DNA of 64,000 nucleotides from an uncultured delta proteobacterium (GTDB lineage Bacteria; Desulfobacterota; Zymogenia; Zymogenales; Zymogenaceae), in NCBI GenBank assembly GCA_963735595.1, contig CAVTLK010000001.1:832001-896000 (forward strand). The letters are read 5' to 3'. Of the stretch, positions 33,422-41,870 are shown piece by piece. A program made the translations under genes and the position numbers. Position 1 is the stretch's first letter. Every line of letters begins with the position of its first letter. The notes beneath the pieces are model-generated. The model was not told where the DNA came from and did not search any database. It worked only from the letters and a program-made list of their open reading frames with translations.

Positions 33422-33927
33422 CTGAAAACGACGGCCGTTTGATCAGGGCCGCGGTGATCACCCTCAGCGACCGCGGATCGCGCGGCGAGCGCGCCGACGA
33501 GAGCGGCCCGATGATCGAGCGCTTCATCGCCGGCTTAGGGGGGACCGTCGTATCGGCCGAGGTCATCCCCGACGAGGCCGGTATATTAAAAGACCGCCTC
33601 ACCGCGATTGCGGATTCCGGCGCGGCCAACCTCATCCTGACCACCGGCGGCACGGGGCTGGCCCCGCGGGACGTAACCCCGGAGGCTACGCTGGCCGTGG
33701 CCGACCGGATCGTCCCCGGATTCGCCGAGGCCATGAGGGCCGAAAGCCTCACGAAGACCCCCCACGCCATGCTCTCGCGGGCGGTAGCAGTCATGCGAAA
33801 ATCGACGCTCATCATCAACCTGCCGGGCAGCCCCCGGGCGGTTGCGGAATGCCTGGCGGTTATTCGTCCGGCGCTGCCCCACGCCGTGGCCAAGGCATGC
33901 GGTGACGAGGACGACTGCGCCCGTTAA
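33418..33927 (+). CDS. mogA: molybdopterin adenylyltransferase MogA/MoaB
   Basis: SDR, DESG, TTGGTG..PRDVTPEAT, NLPGSP. Confidence 0.93.
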   Translation: MTENDGRLIRAAVITLSDRGSRGERADESGPMIERFIAGLGGTVVSAEVIPDEAGILKDRLTAIADSGAANLILTTGGTGLAPRDVTPEATLAVADRIVPGFAEAMRAESLTKTPHAMLSRAVAVMRKSTLIINLPGSPRAVAECLAVIRPALPHAVAKACGDEDDCAR

Positions 33928-33956
33928 ACGCCCGTCCCCGGAAATCGCAATGTGTC

Positions 33957-33985
33957 TTGACTTTATGTCTTCCTTCCGATATAAT
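33957..33985 (+). promoter_or_regulatory. sigma70-type promoter of the phosphatase operon
   Basis: TTGACT-17nt-TATAAT, 12 nt before ATG 33998; no SD. Confidence 0.75.
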
Positions 33986-33997
33986 TAATCTTTTACC

Positions 33998-34885
33998 ATG
34001 ATCGATCTGCATATACATACCGACGCCTCATCGGACGGGGTCCATACGGCCCGCGAGGTATTCGACATGGCCCGGGCGGCGGCTCTCGAGGCCATCGCCT
34101 TTGCCGACCACAACAGCATTGCCAACGTCGGCGAGGGGTTACGGCTTTCCGGCGATTACTCGATACCGTTTGTGCCGGCTATTGAGATCAGCTCGAGCCA
34201 CCGGGATCAGGACGTACACGTACTGGGATATTTCATCGACCACCGGTCGGGAGAGTTGAGAGATTTTCTTGCCCGCTGCTATGACGAGTCGGCCCTCCAG
34301 ACCGAGCGTCGGGTGGAGCTTTTGCGGGCGGCCGGATTCGTGCTGGATGTCGCCGACGTCATGGACGAATCCGCGGGCAGGCCCCCCACCGGCAGGAGTT
34401 TTCTTTTGGCCCTCGTCAAGAGACCGGAAAACCGGGATAACAAATACCTGGCGCGCTATACCGCGGGAAACCGATCCGCATCGCCGTCCCAGTTTTTCTA
34501 CCAGGACTATCTGGCGGGGGGACGTCCGGCCTACGTACCGCTGTCGGCATCGGTCACAACGGAAGCGATCACGGTGATATCGGCGGCCGGGGGTATCCCG
34601 ATCCTGGCGCATCCCGGCGTCTACCCGACGCATATCGTCCGGGAGGTGATCGGCATGGGTGTTCTGGGGCTCGAGGCCTACTCGGGTTATCACGACGAGG
34701 CCGCCTCCGGACGATTTGCGCGGTTCTGCCGAAAGCATGGGCTCCTGATCAGCGCGGGGAGCGACTTTCACGGGAGCGAGATCAAACCCGATATCAGGCT
34801 GGGCGTTGCCATAGACAACGGATATGAAATCTACATCGGACTGAGAGAGGCACACCGGAAAAAATATGCTCAAACAACTCCTTAA
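33998..34885 (+). CDS. PHP-domain phosphoesterase (TrpH/YciV-like)
   Basis: DLHIHT..SDG, DHN, EIS, HVLGY, LAHPG, GSDFHG. Confidence 0.92.
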   Translation: MIDLHIHTDASSDGVHTAREVFDMARAAALEAIAFADHNSIANVGEGLRLSGDYSIPFVPAIEISSSHRDQDVHVLGYFIDHRSGELRDFLARCYDESALQTERRVELLRAAGFVLDVADVMDESAGRPPTGRSFLLALVKRPENRDNKYLARYTAGNRSASPSQFFYQDYLAGGRPAYVPLSASVTTEAITVISAAGGIPILAHPGVYPTHIVREVIGMGVLGLEAYSGYHDEAASGRFARFCRKHGLLISAGSDFHGSEIKPDIRLGVAIDNGYEIYIGLREAHRKKYAQTTP

Positions 34886-36176
34886 GAAGAAAAAGCGGCC
34901 CATCGTGGTCTCAGACTTTGACGGGACCATCAGCACCAGGGACATCAGCTACGAGATCCTCGAACGGTTTTCCACCGGCGGTTGGCAGGGCGTGGACGAG
35001 GCCTACGCGAAGGGAAAGATCGGCTCCCAGGAGGCCTTTCGGCTCATCCTCGAAAAGATCAAGGCGACGAGATCGGAGCTTGTCGACTATATCGCCGCAA
35101 TGCCGCCGCCTATCGATCCCCATTTCGTGGACTTTTACCGCTACCTGAAGGATCGGGGCATCGACCTGGTGATCCTCTCGGACGGGTTTCTCTTCTACAT
35201 CAAGCTCCTCCTCGAACGGGAGGGGATCGTCGACGTTCCCATCTACGCCAATGATATTGTCGAGGATGCGTCGGGTACGCTCGTCCCCGTCTTTCCCCAC
35301 CATAACCCACAGTGTGATACGTGCGGAAACTGCAAATCCGATATCATCAAGAGACTCAAGCAGGATCACGATCACATCATATTCATCGGCGACGGTTATT
35401 CGGACCTCTGCGCCTCGGAGCTTGCCGATACCCTGTTTGCCAAGCGGCAGCTCATGAACCACGCCGCCGAGCACCGGCTTGTCTATACCTACTTCCATAA
35501 TTTTGCCGATGTACAAGCCGAATTCGAAAAAGAGATCAGGGGCGTGATCTTTGACCTGGACGGGACCCTCGTCGATTCCCTGGAGGCCATCAGGACCTCC
35601 TTTCTCCACACCATCGACACGCTCGACCTTGACGTGGACGTGGAAAAGAGCTTCGGGGAGATGATGAACTGGCCGCTGACAGTCGGTATGGAAAAGATAT
35701 TCCCCGGGGTCGACCTGGCCGAAGCGGTGAATGTCTTCCGGGCGAAGTACCACGCCATCTACAAGGAAATGACCCCGGTCAAGCCGGGGATACACGAGGT
35801 GCTGTCGTATCTTGCCGGCTCCGGCGTCAAGCTCACGGTCGCCACCAACAAGCTGGGGACCTATGCCCGGGACCTGATGGAACACCTGGAAATCAACGGC
35901 TACTTCGACGCGGTCATCGGCGTCGGAGACGTCACCAACCCCAAGCCCGAGCCGGACATGGTGGATGCCGCGATCGAGAAAATGGGCACGACGAGAGCCG
36001 ATACGATTCTCGTGGGCGATTCCCAGGTGGATATCGAGACGGCCAGGAACTCGAATATCGACGTCTATGTCGTCTCGGATTCCTTCGACCCACCCGAGGA
36101 GCTGGTCAAACGCAAGCCCCGCAAGATGTTCTATTCGACCGACGAGCTGGGCAGGGAGCTCTCATCGGAGGCCTGA
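34866..36176 (+). CDS. tandem HAD phosphatase fusion (MtnX-like N-domain plus Gph-like C-domain)
   Basis: DFDGTI...SDG...GNCK...GDGYSD followed by DLDGTL...ATNK...KPEPD...GDS..D. Confidence 0.9.
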   Translation: MLKQLLKKKKRPIVVSDFDGTISTRDISYEILERFSTGGWQGVDEAYAKGKIGSQEAFRLILEKIKATRSELVDYIAAMPPPIDPHFVDFYRYLKDRGIDLVILSDGFLFYIKLLLEREGIVDVPIYANDIVEDASGTLVPVFPHHNPQCDTCGNCKSDIIKRLKQDHDHIIFIGDGYSDLCASELADTLFAKRQLMNHAAEHRLVYTYFHNFADVQAEFEKEIRGVIFDLDGTLVDSLEAIRTSFLHTIDTLDLDVDVEKSFGEMMNWPLTVGMEKIFPGVDLAEAVNVFRAKYHAIYKEMTPVKPGIHEVLSYLAGSGVKLTVATNKLGTYARDLMEHLEINGYFDAVIGVGDVTNPKPEPDMVDAAIEKMGTTRADTILVGDSQVDIETARNSNIDVYVVSDSFDPPEELVKRKPRKMFYSTDELGRELSSEA

Positions 36177-36667
36177 TGTCCGAGCTGCAGGTGCACAACA
36201 AGAAATCGTTCTGCGTCGGCGCCGAGCGCGAGCAGCATAAGCTTTTCGCGATGGCCCTGCCGGGATTGATACGGCCGGTCGAGGATGACCTCAAGACACT
36301 GATAGCCCATGATGTCGGTGCGATCGTCACCATGACCCAGGACCCCCTCGTCCTCCCCCTCCAGTTCCGCCCCCTCTTCGCGCAGCTGCACCTGCCGGTG
36401 GAAAACTTCGAACCCCCGACCATCGACCAGATCGATCGGTTCGTCTCCTTCGTCGACGGCCAGTTCGACCGGGGCGTCAACGTCGCCGTCCACTGCCTGA
36501 TGGGGATCGGGAGGACGGGAACGGCGATTGCCGCCTACCGGGTAAGCCGTGGCGAGACGCCGGATGTGGCGATAAAAAATCTCAGAGAGATCAGGAACTT
36601 CATCGAGACAAAGGAGCAGGAAGAGATGGTCGGGGCCTACTGGCGGCACGTCCGGGGGGAGGGATAG
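36176..36667 (+). CDS. dual-specificity/PTP-like cysteine phosphatase
   Basis: HCLMGIGRTGT (CX5R), IETKEQ; TGATG overlap with upstream gene. Confidence 0.9.
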   Translation: MSELQVHNKKSFCVGAEREQHKLFAMALPGLIRPVEDDLKTLIAHDVGAIVTMTQDPLVLPLQFRPLFAQLHLPVENFEPPTIDQIDRFVSFVDGQFDRGVNVAVHCLMGIGRTGTAIAAYRVSRGETPDVAIKNLREIRNFIETKEQEEMVGAYWRHVRGEG

Positions 36668-36687
36668 GAATTTGTAAGAGAATTACG

Positions 36688-36770
36688 GAATTTTGGGGAC
36701 ACCATACTTAATTCGTTAGGCCTATCGGCTATTCGAGAAACCGGAATTAAGTATGGTGTCCCCAAAATTC
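36688..36770. repeat. perfect 27-bp inverted repeat (MITE/REPIN-like)
   Basis: GAATTTTGGGGACACCATACTTAATTC (36688-36714) and its exact reverse complement (36744-36770). Confidence 0.9.
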
Positions 36771-36838
36771 GTATAATAAGGGGATTGGTTCCCGCCACTT
36801 CGCATACACTCCTCGCGGCTTCGACAGGACGGGCGGCT

Positions 36839-36876
36839 GATTGCTTCGTCGGGCTTTCGCTCTCCTCGCAATGACA
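36839..36876 (-). repeat. half copy of the GTCATTGCGAG palindromic repeat family
   Basis: Reverse complement TGTCATTGCGAGGAGAGCGAAAGCCCGACGAAGCAATC closely matches 62664-62695. Confidence 0.8.
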
Positions 36877-36892
36877 ATATCAATGGCCGCCG

Positions 36893-37022
36893 GGGGCGGC
36901 ATCGTTATGTTTTGCCGCCCCTACGGGTTCTAACTCGAATCGACCTTATGTTCCGTAGGGACACGACTTGTCGTGTCCGGCGGCCCCTTCTCACGGGCAA
37001 CCAAAGGTATCGCCCGTGCCAC
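36893..37022. repeat. GTAG/GTGG-type REP-like hairpins
   Basis: Minus GTAGGGGCGGCA..TGCCGCCCC (36893-36924); plus GTAGGGACACGAC-TT-GTCGTGTCC (36955-36978); minus GTGGCACGGGC..GCCCGTG (36992-37022). Confidence 0.7.
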
Positions 37023-37047
37023 CCATCGCAAAAGATTACCCTCTTCC

Positions 37048-37575
37048 CTACTTCTCCGGCCCCGCCTGGTAGGTCGTGGCCTTCTTGGGGGTCTTGCCCT
37101 TGATGACCTCGTGGTAATATTTGTAGGTCAGCGGCGTTCCCTCCTTGAGCACCTGGCAGTTGACGAGGTCCCCCAGGAAAAACGTATGGGTGCCGGCGTC
37201 CATCGTCCCAATGACCTTGAGCTCTAAATACGAGAGGGCATTTTCCGTGACGATGGGGACCCCGGTGGCCCCCTTTATGAAGGCGACCTCCTCGAATTTA
37301 TTCACGTCCTTTCCTGACTTGAACCCGAAGGCGCCGATAAACTGAAACGGGGTCTCCTGGTCGAGGATCGAGACGCCGAACACGCCGCTCTTCGTGACGT
37401 ACTCATGGGTCAGGTTTTCCTTGTTAAGGCAGGCCGCCAGCCGCGGCGGCTGGGCCGTCGCCTGGAAAAAGGTGTTGGCGACCTGGCCGTTGGGCTTCCC
37501 GTCCAGGTGAGAGGTCACAACATATAAGCCGTAGCTGAGCTGGTAAAGGGCCTTCATGTTCAAGGGATCGCTCAT
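37048..37575 (-). CDS. flavin reductase-like protein (Hrb flavin-domain type, no rubredoxin domain)
   Basis: LSYGLYVV, FGFKSG...KF, GTHTFF, YKYYHEVIKGKTPK; overlaps fprA stop. Confidence 0.88.
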   Translation of the reverse strand: MSDPLNMKALYQLSYGLYVVTSHLDGKPNGQVANTFFQATAQPPRLAACLNKENLTHEYVTKSGVFGVSILDQETPFQFIGAFGFKSGKDVNKFEEVAFIKGATGVPIVTENALSYLELKVIGTMDAGTHTFFLGDLVNCQVLKEGTPLTYKYYHEVIKGKTPKKATTYQAGPEK

Positions 37576-38784
37576 TTCGTCCTCTCTTTGAGTTTTTCGG
37601 ATATTTTTTTGCCGAGCGAAAAACAGCCCGCGAGGTCGGCCTCGGTCGGCACATTCTTTACCTTGATCCCCTCGTCGACGACATCCACCTTCATCTCGCC
37701 AAGCAGCCGGGAAAGATGCGCGACGGACTCGCCGCTCCACCCGTACGAGCCGAACGCGGCCCCGATGAGGTTGGTCGGTTTGAGGCCCTTCATATAAACT
37801 AGGACGTCGGCCAGCGTCGGGAAGATATTGTTGTTGAGGGTCGGGGAGCCGGCAACGAGCGCCCCGGCGTTGAGTATCTCGGTGACGACGTCGCTGCGGT
37901 GGTGGGCGGCCATCGGCATGACCTTCGTCTCGGTACCGCCGGCCGAAAGCCCCTCCCCGACGGCCCGCGCCATCAGTGCCGTGCTCTGCCACATCGTGTC
38001 ATAGACGACCACCGCCTTGTTGGACGGGGCGCCGGACGCCCAGCGCGTGTAGCGTGAAAGTATCCAGTGGATCTTCGACCTCCATATCGGCCCGTGGTCT
38101 GGGGCGATCGTCTTGATGTCCCACCCGGTCGTCGGGACCCGCTCCAGCAGCTTCGTGACGAGACCCGCGTAGGGCATGATGATGTTGGCGTAGTATTTGC
38201 CCCCCTCGTAGTCGAGGATGGAATCATCAACCTGGTCGTCGAACCGTTCAAACGAGGCCAGGTGCATCCCGAAGGCATCCTGGGAGAACAGGAGCGACTG
38301 CTCCGGGAGAAACGCGATCATCGAGTCGGGCCAGTGGAGCATCCTGGTCTCGGCAAAGACGAGCCTCATGTTGCCCAGAGAGACGGTCTCCCCGTCCTTT
38401 ACCGGTATGACCTTTCCGGCAATACGCTCGTGAAAGTGATCGACGAGCGTCTTTTCACCCATGAGCCGACGCATAGACCTTTTCGGGACGGATCTGCTCG
38501 ATCACCTCGGGCAGGCACCCCGAGTGATCCATCTCCGAGTGGTTCGAGACGATGATCTTGATCTTCGTGGGGTCAATCACCGAGGCTATCCGCGACAGCA
38601 TCTCGTCTCTGAACGGGGCCTTTACCGTGTCTATCAGGGTCACCTTCTCGGCCATGACGAGATAGGCGTTATAGGTGGTCCCGCGATTCGTGGCATACCC
38701 GTGGAAGTCACGGATGAGCCAGTCTATAGCCCCCACCCAGTAGACCTTATCGGTTATCTGTATCGCCTTGAAATGGGTTCCCAT
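37572..38784 (-). CDS. fprA: FprA-type flavodiiron protein (apparent frameshift near 38465)
   Basis: [49 protein letters not shown]. Confidence 0.92.
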
Positions 38785-38793
38785 GTATAGCCC

Positions 38794-39282
38794 CTACTTG
38801 GTTTTGTGTAGCAGATCGGTAAGGACGGTGATGTGCCGCATTTCTTCCTTGATGATCTGGGAGATATCGAGTTTCCCGAGCTCTTCGGGCATCGCTTCCC
38901 GGATTCCGAGATAAAAGACAATGGAATCCTTCTCAATTTCTAAAGCGAAATGAATGACGTCGGAAAGCGTTTCCTTTCCCGTCAGCTTGGCAGAGGGGTC
39001 CGCGTTGATCGGGAAGACGTATCCGCCGGCAACCGCCTTCAGGTACAGGGCCGGTTCTTCATCGATAAGGCTGTCTTCCATACCGGATTTCTTTTTCAGT
39101 TCCTGCCGCATTTCTCTGAACAGCTTTTCGTGTCGGTCTTCCATGGCGGCAAGATCCATCAGCAGGCTCTTTGCCCTGCTGGCCTCGAAAATCCCGGCGG
39201 CCTTGCGGTAGAACCCGGCACCGTTTCTCTCGATCTGCTCCGCGATCTCGAACGTCTCGTCGATATTGAATATCTCAGTCAT
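38794..39282 (-). CDS. ferritin-like / rubrerythrin family protein
   Basis: IERNG..FY, MEDRH, EKDSIVFY, EEMRH diiron motifs. Confidence 0.9.
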   Translation of the reverse strand: MTEIFNIDETFEIAEQIERNGAGFYRKAAGIFEASRAKSLLMDLAAMEDRHEKLFREMRQELKKKSGMEDSLIDEEPALYLKAVAGGYVFPINADPSAKLTGKETLSDVIHFALEIEKDSIVFYLGIREAMPEELGKLDISQIIKEEMRHITVLTDLLHKTK

Positions 39283-39325
39283 CGAATCCCCCTCTCAGAG
39301 CGTGGTAGAATGAAGTTACAGTAGT

Positions 39326-39354
39326 ATTGTATTGAGGTACCCGGCGATTGTCAA
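39326..39354 (-). promoter_or_regulatory. sigma70-type promoter for ferritin-like-fprA-flavin reductase
   Basis: Minus-strand TTGACA-17nt-TACAAT. Confidence 0.75.
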
Positions 39355-39388
39355 CCCGAAAACCGGTGCAGTAACGAATGATAGTACT

Positions 39389-39417
39389 CAACGAGGGGGC
39401 CGGTCGCCCCCTCGTTG
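39389..39417. terminator. 12-bp hairpin downstream of rubrerythrin (no clear U-tract)
   Basis: CAACGAGGGGGC-5nt-GCCCCCTCGTTG. Confidence 0.45.
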
Positions 39418-39444
39418 TGAGCCGGTCGGTTATCGCTGACGATG

Positions 39445-40017
39445 TTACCAGTTCTCACCGAGGAGCTCCTGGTACGCCAGGGGGTGGGCGCAGGCCGGGC
39501 AGGATTGCGGGGGCTCGGGGCCTTCGTGCAGGTAGCCGCAGTTCCTGCAGCGCCAGACGACCTTACCGTCCCGTTTAAAGACCTTGCCCTTCTCGATATT
39601 TGCGGCGAGATCCCGGTAGCGCTTCTCGTGCTGCTTTTCGGCGACGGATATCGCCGTCCAGACCCGGGCGATCTCCTCAAACCCTTCGTCTTTGGCGACT
39701 GTGGCAAACCCCGGATACAGGACCGTGTGCTCATGGTTCTCGCCCATGGCCGCGGCCTTCAGGTTCTCCACGGTCGTGCCGACAACACCGGCCGGGAACG
39801 CCGCAACGATCTCCACTTCGCCCCCTTTGAGGAAGCCGAAGAAGCGTTTCGCGTGTTCCTTTTCCTGATTTGCCGTCTCCTCAAAGATATCGGCTATCTG
39901 TATGTATCCGTCTTTCCTGGCCTGGCTGGCGAAATAGGTGTAACGGTTGCGTGCCTGCGATTCGCCGGCAAACGACCCCAGCAGGTTCTTTTCGGTCTTC
40001 GATCCTTTAAGTTCCAT
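39445..40017 (-). CDS. rbr: rubrerythrin
   Basis: AGESQARNRY, EKEHA, EKQHE, CRNCGY...CPACAHP. Confidence 0.97.
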   Translation of the reverse strand: MELKGSKTEKNLLGSFAGESQARNRYTYFASQARKDGYIQIADIFEETANQEKEHAKRFFGFLKGGEVEIVAAFPAGVVGTTVENLKAAAMGENHEHTVLYPGFATVAKDEGFEEIARVWTAISVAEKQHEKRYRDLAANIEKGKVFKRDGKVVWRCRNCGYLHEGPEPPQSCPACAHPLAYQELLGENW

Positions 40018-40131
40018 ACACGTGTCTCCTCTCTGATAGTGATTGATTTCTTATGTTGTCTCGAAATTCAGTTAACTTATTTTCCTCTACAGCCGGCGCT
40101 TCCCCTCTGAAATTGACGAGCGGGCGGCGCC

Positions 40132-40935
40132 TCACCCGACCAACGGGCCGAGAAACGTCACGGCTCCATCCCTGAGATCGGCCCGGATTCCCAGCCGGGT
40201 CAGGGCAAAGTCATACCTGACCGGGTCGTCGGGCGCGATCTCACGGAAGCGTTCGGTAATCTCAAGGGCCGCCGCGAGATCCGCGGACTTCCTGCCGGTA
40301 AATCCAAGCGTACGGGCGATCCTGAACAGGTGCGTATCGAGGGGCACGACCAGCCGGACGCGCGATACCGAGTCCCACCCGCCCGGGTCCACGTCGTCCC
40401 TCCTGACCATCCACCTGAGAAAGAGGTTGAGCCGCTTCATACAGCTCCTCTTTTCATGGTGGGGAATAAGGCTGTTGCATCCGTACTCGAAACAACCGTT
40501 GAGCCCTTCCGCAAACCGGCACAGGGCCGGCGCCGTGGTCCGGTCGCCCCGACCCATACCGGATACGAAGGCCGCCTCCAGCGACCCGTGCCGCCGGATG
40601 AGTCCGCGCGCCCCCAGGAGCGTGAGCACCAGCTCGGCGCCCGTGGTGAATCGGTGCCTGAACCCGCCGAATATCGACGAGAGATCTTCGTGGCCGGCGT
40701 CGGCCAAAAATCGGCCGGGGTGCCGCCCCATCGGCTCCAGTACCGACAATACGCTTTTCATGATTTGCGCAACCCGCCCATACGCCAGCGACGAGGCGAC
40801 CAGCCCGACGACCTCGCGGTCGCGGACGTCGTCGTACCGGTGAAGAAACTCCACCGGGTCGGGATGGATAAATTCGGGCCGGTTGAAGGTATCATAGAGC
40901 CGCTCAAAGGCTTTGCGTTGTTCCGATAGAGTCAT
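40132..40935 (-). CDS. TIGR02757/DUF2400 family protein
   Basis: PDPV, LAYG, KRLNLFLRWMVR.D.VDPG.W, PLDTH, DPVRYDFAL. Confidence 0.9.
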   Translation of the reverse strand: MTLSEQRKAFERLYDTFNRPEFIHPDPVEFLHRYDDVRDREVVGLVASSLAYGRVAQIMKSVLSVLEPMGRHPGRFLADAGHEDLSSIFGGFRHRFTTGAELVLTLLGARGLIRRHGSLEAAFVSGMGRGDRTTAPALCRFAEGLNGCFEYGCNSLIPHHEKRSCMKRLNLFLRWMVRRDDVDPGGWDSVSRVRLVVPLDTHLFRIARTLGFTGRKSADLAAALEITERFREIAPDDPVRYDFALTRLGIRADLRDGAVTFLGPLVG

Positions 40936-40991
40936 ACGTCGGTTAGTGGATCTTCCACGGTCAGACGCGTCCGTCCTCTCGTGAGGGCCGT

Positions 40992-41174
40992 CTATGTAGA
41001 CGGCTCCCAGTAGCACCGCCTGGGTGAAGCCACCTTCCCTTCCTTCCTGAGGACGTCGATAATTGTCGCGACCTCTTTTTGATCGATCCCGGTCGCATCG
41101 GCAATCTCGCCGGGTTTCATGGGTTTGCCCGCCTTCTTCATGGCGGAAAGGACGGTTTCCTGTTTCTCAACCAT
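40992..41174 (-). CDS. small winged-helix protein (60 aa)
   Basis: GAGGAGG SD; VLSAMKKAGKPM..GEIA....IDQKEV...SPRRCYW. Confidence 0.8.
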   Translation of the reverse strand: MVEKQETVLSAMKKAGKPMKPGEIADATGIDQKEVATIIDVLRKEGKVASPRRCYWEPST

Positions 41175-41246
41175 ACTTTTCCTCCTCACTATCCGTCCAA
41201 CGGGATTGCGAGCCCCGCGGTGATGGTGCCCGCATCGGCTTGTGGG

Positions 41247-41636
41247 TTACGTCCGGCATCGGGGGCATATGCCGATCAGGTCGAGGCGGCAGCCGACAAT
41301 CCGGTAGCCCGCCACGTCGCCCGTGATTTCGGGGACGACAATCGTATGCCCCGGCCCGACATCGCTGACGGCCCCGCACGAAACGCAGCGGACATGGTGG
41401 TGGGTTTCGGCCTCGCCGTCAAAGCGCTTCGTGGTTCCCGGTACTTCGATCTTCTGGATAACGCCGGAGCCCGAGAGGATCTCGAGGTTTCTGTAGACGG
41501 TGCCGAGGCTTATTTTTGGGAGCTTCCTCCTCACGATCCGATAGAGCTCGTCGGCGGTCGGATGGGTTTTCAGCTTTCCCAGCTCCTCGAGGATGATCGT
41601 GCGCTGCGTAGTCATCCGGGATATCTGATTTGGCAC
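41247..41636 (-). CDS. Fur family regulator, PerR-like
   Basis: RMTTQR, HPTADE, SLGTVYRNL, HHHVRCVSCG, CPRC; adjacent to rbr/fprA. Confidence 0.92.
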   Translation of the reverse strand: MPNQISRMTTQRTIILEELGKLKTHPTADELYRIVRRKLPKISLGTVYRNLEILSGSGVIQKIEVPGTTKRFDGEAETHHHVRCVSCGAVSDVGPGHTIVVPEITGDVAGYRIVGCRLDLIGICPRCRT

Positions 41637-41649
41637 GTCCTTACCTTTC

Positions 41650-41699
41650 TGATAACTATTACTATTAATAATTTTATGATATGCGACACATCCTGTCAA
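41650..41699 (-). promoter_or_regulatory. promoter with Fur/Per-box-like operator
   Basis: Minus TTGACA-17nt-TAAAAT (41699-41671); 7-1-7-like TGATAAC-T-ATTACTA at 41650-41664. Confidence 0.65.
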
Positions 41700-41816
41700 T
41701 ACATATTTTAGTTCGTGCGCCAATAGCCACCGCTTTTTAACTATCAACCCGATGATCTCCACTGTACCGGCGGAAAGAGACGGCTTCTCCTGCCGAGTTG
41801 AGCCGTCACTTTTTTC

Positions 41817-41870
41817 TTGACACGCCGATCTCAGGAGGGGTATAAGGGAACATGACCGGACGGTCGGTCG
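41817..41870 (+). promoter_or_regulatory. promoter plus putative TetR operator 1
   Basis: TTGACA-18nt-TATAAG, then TGACCGGACGGTCGGTCG (41853-41870). Confidence 0.65.

Noticed and set aside
36668..37047. CRISPR array
   Set aside because: Repeats are inverted and heterogeneous, with no regularly spaced direct repeats and no cas genes
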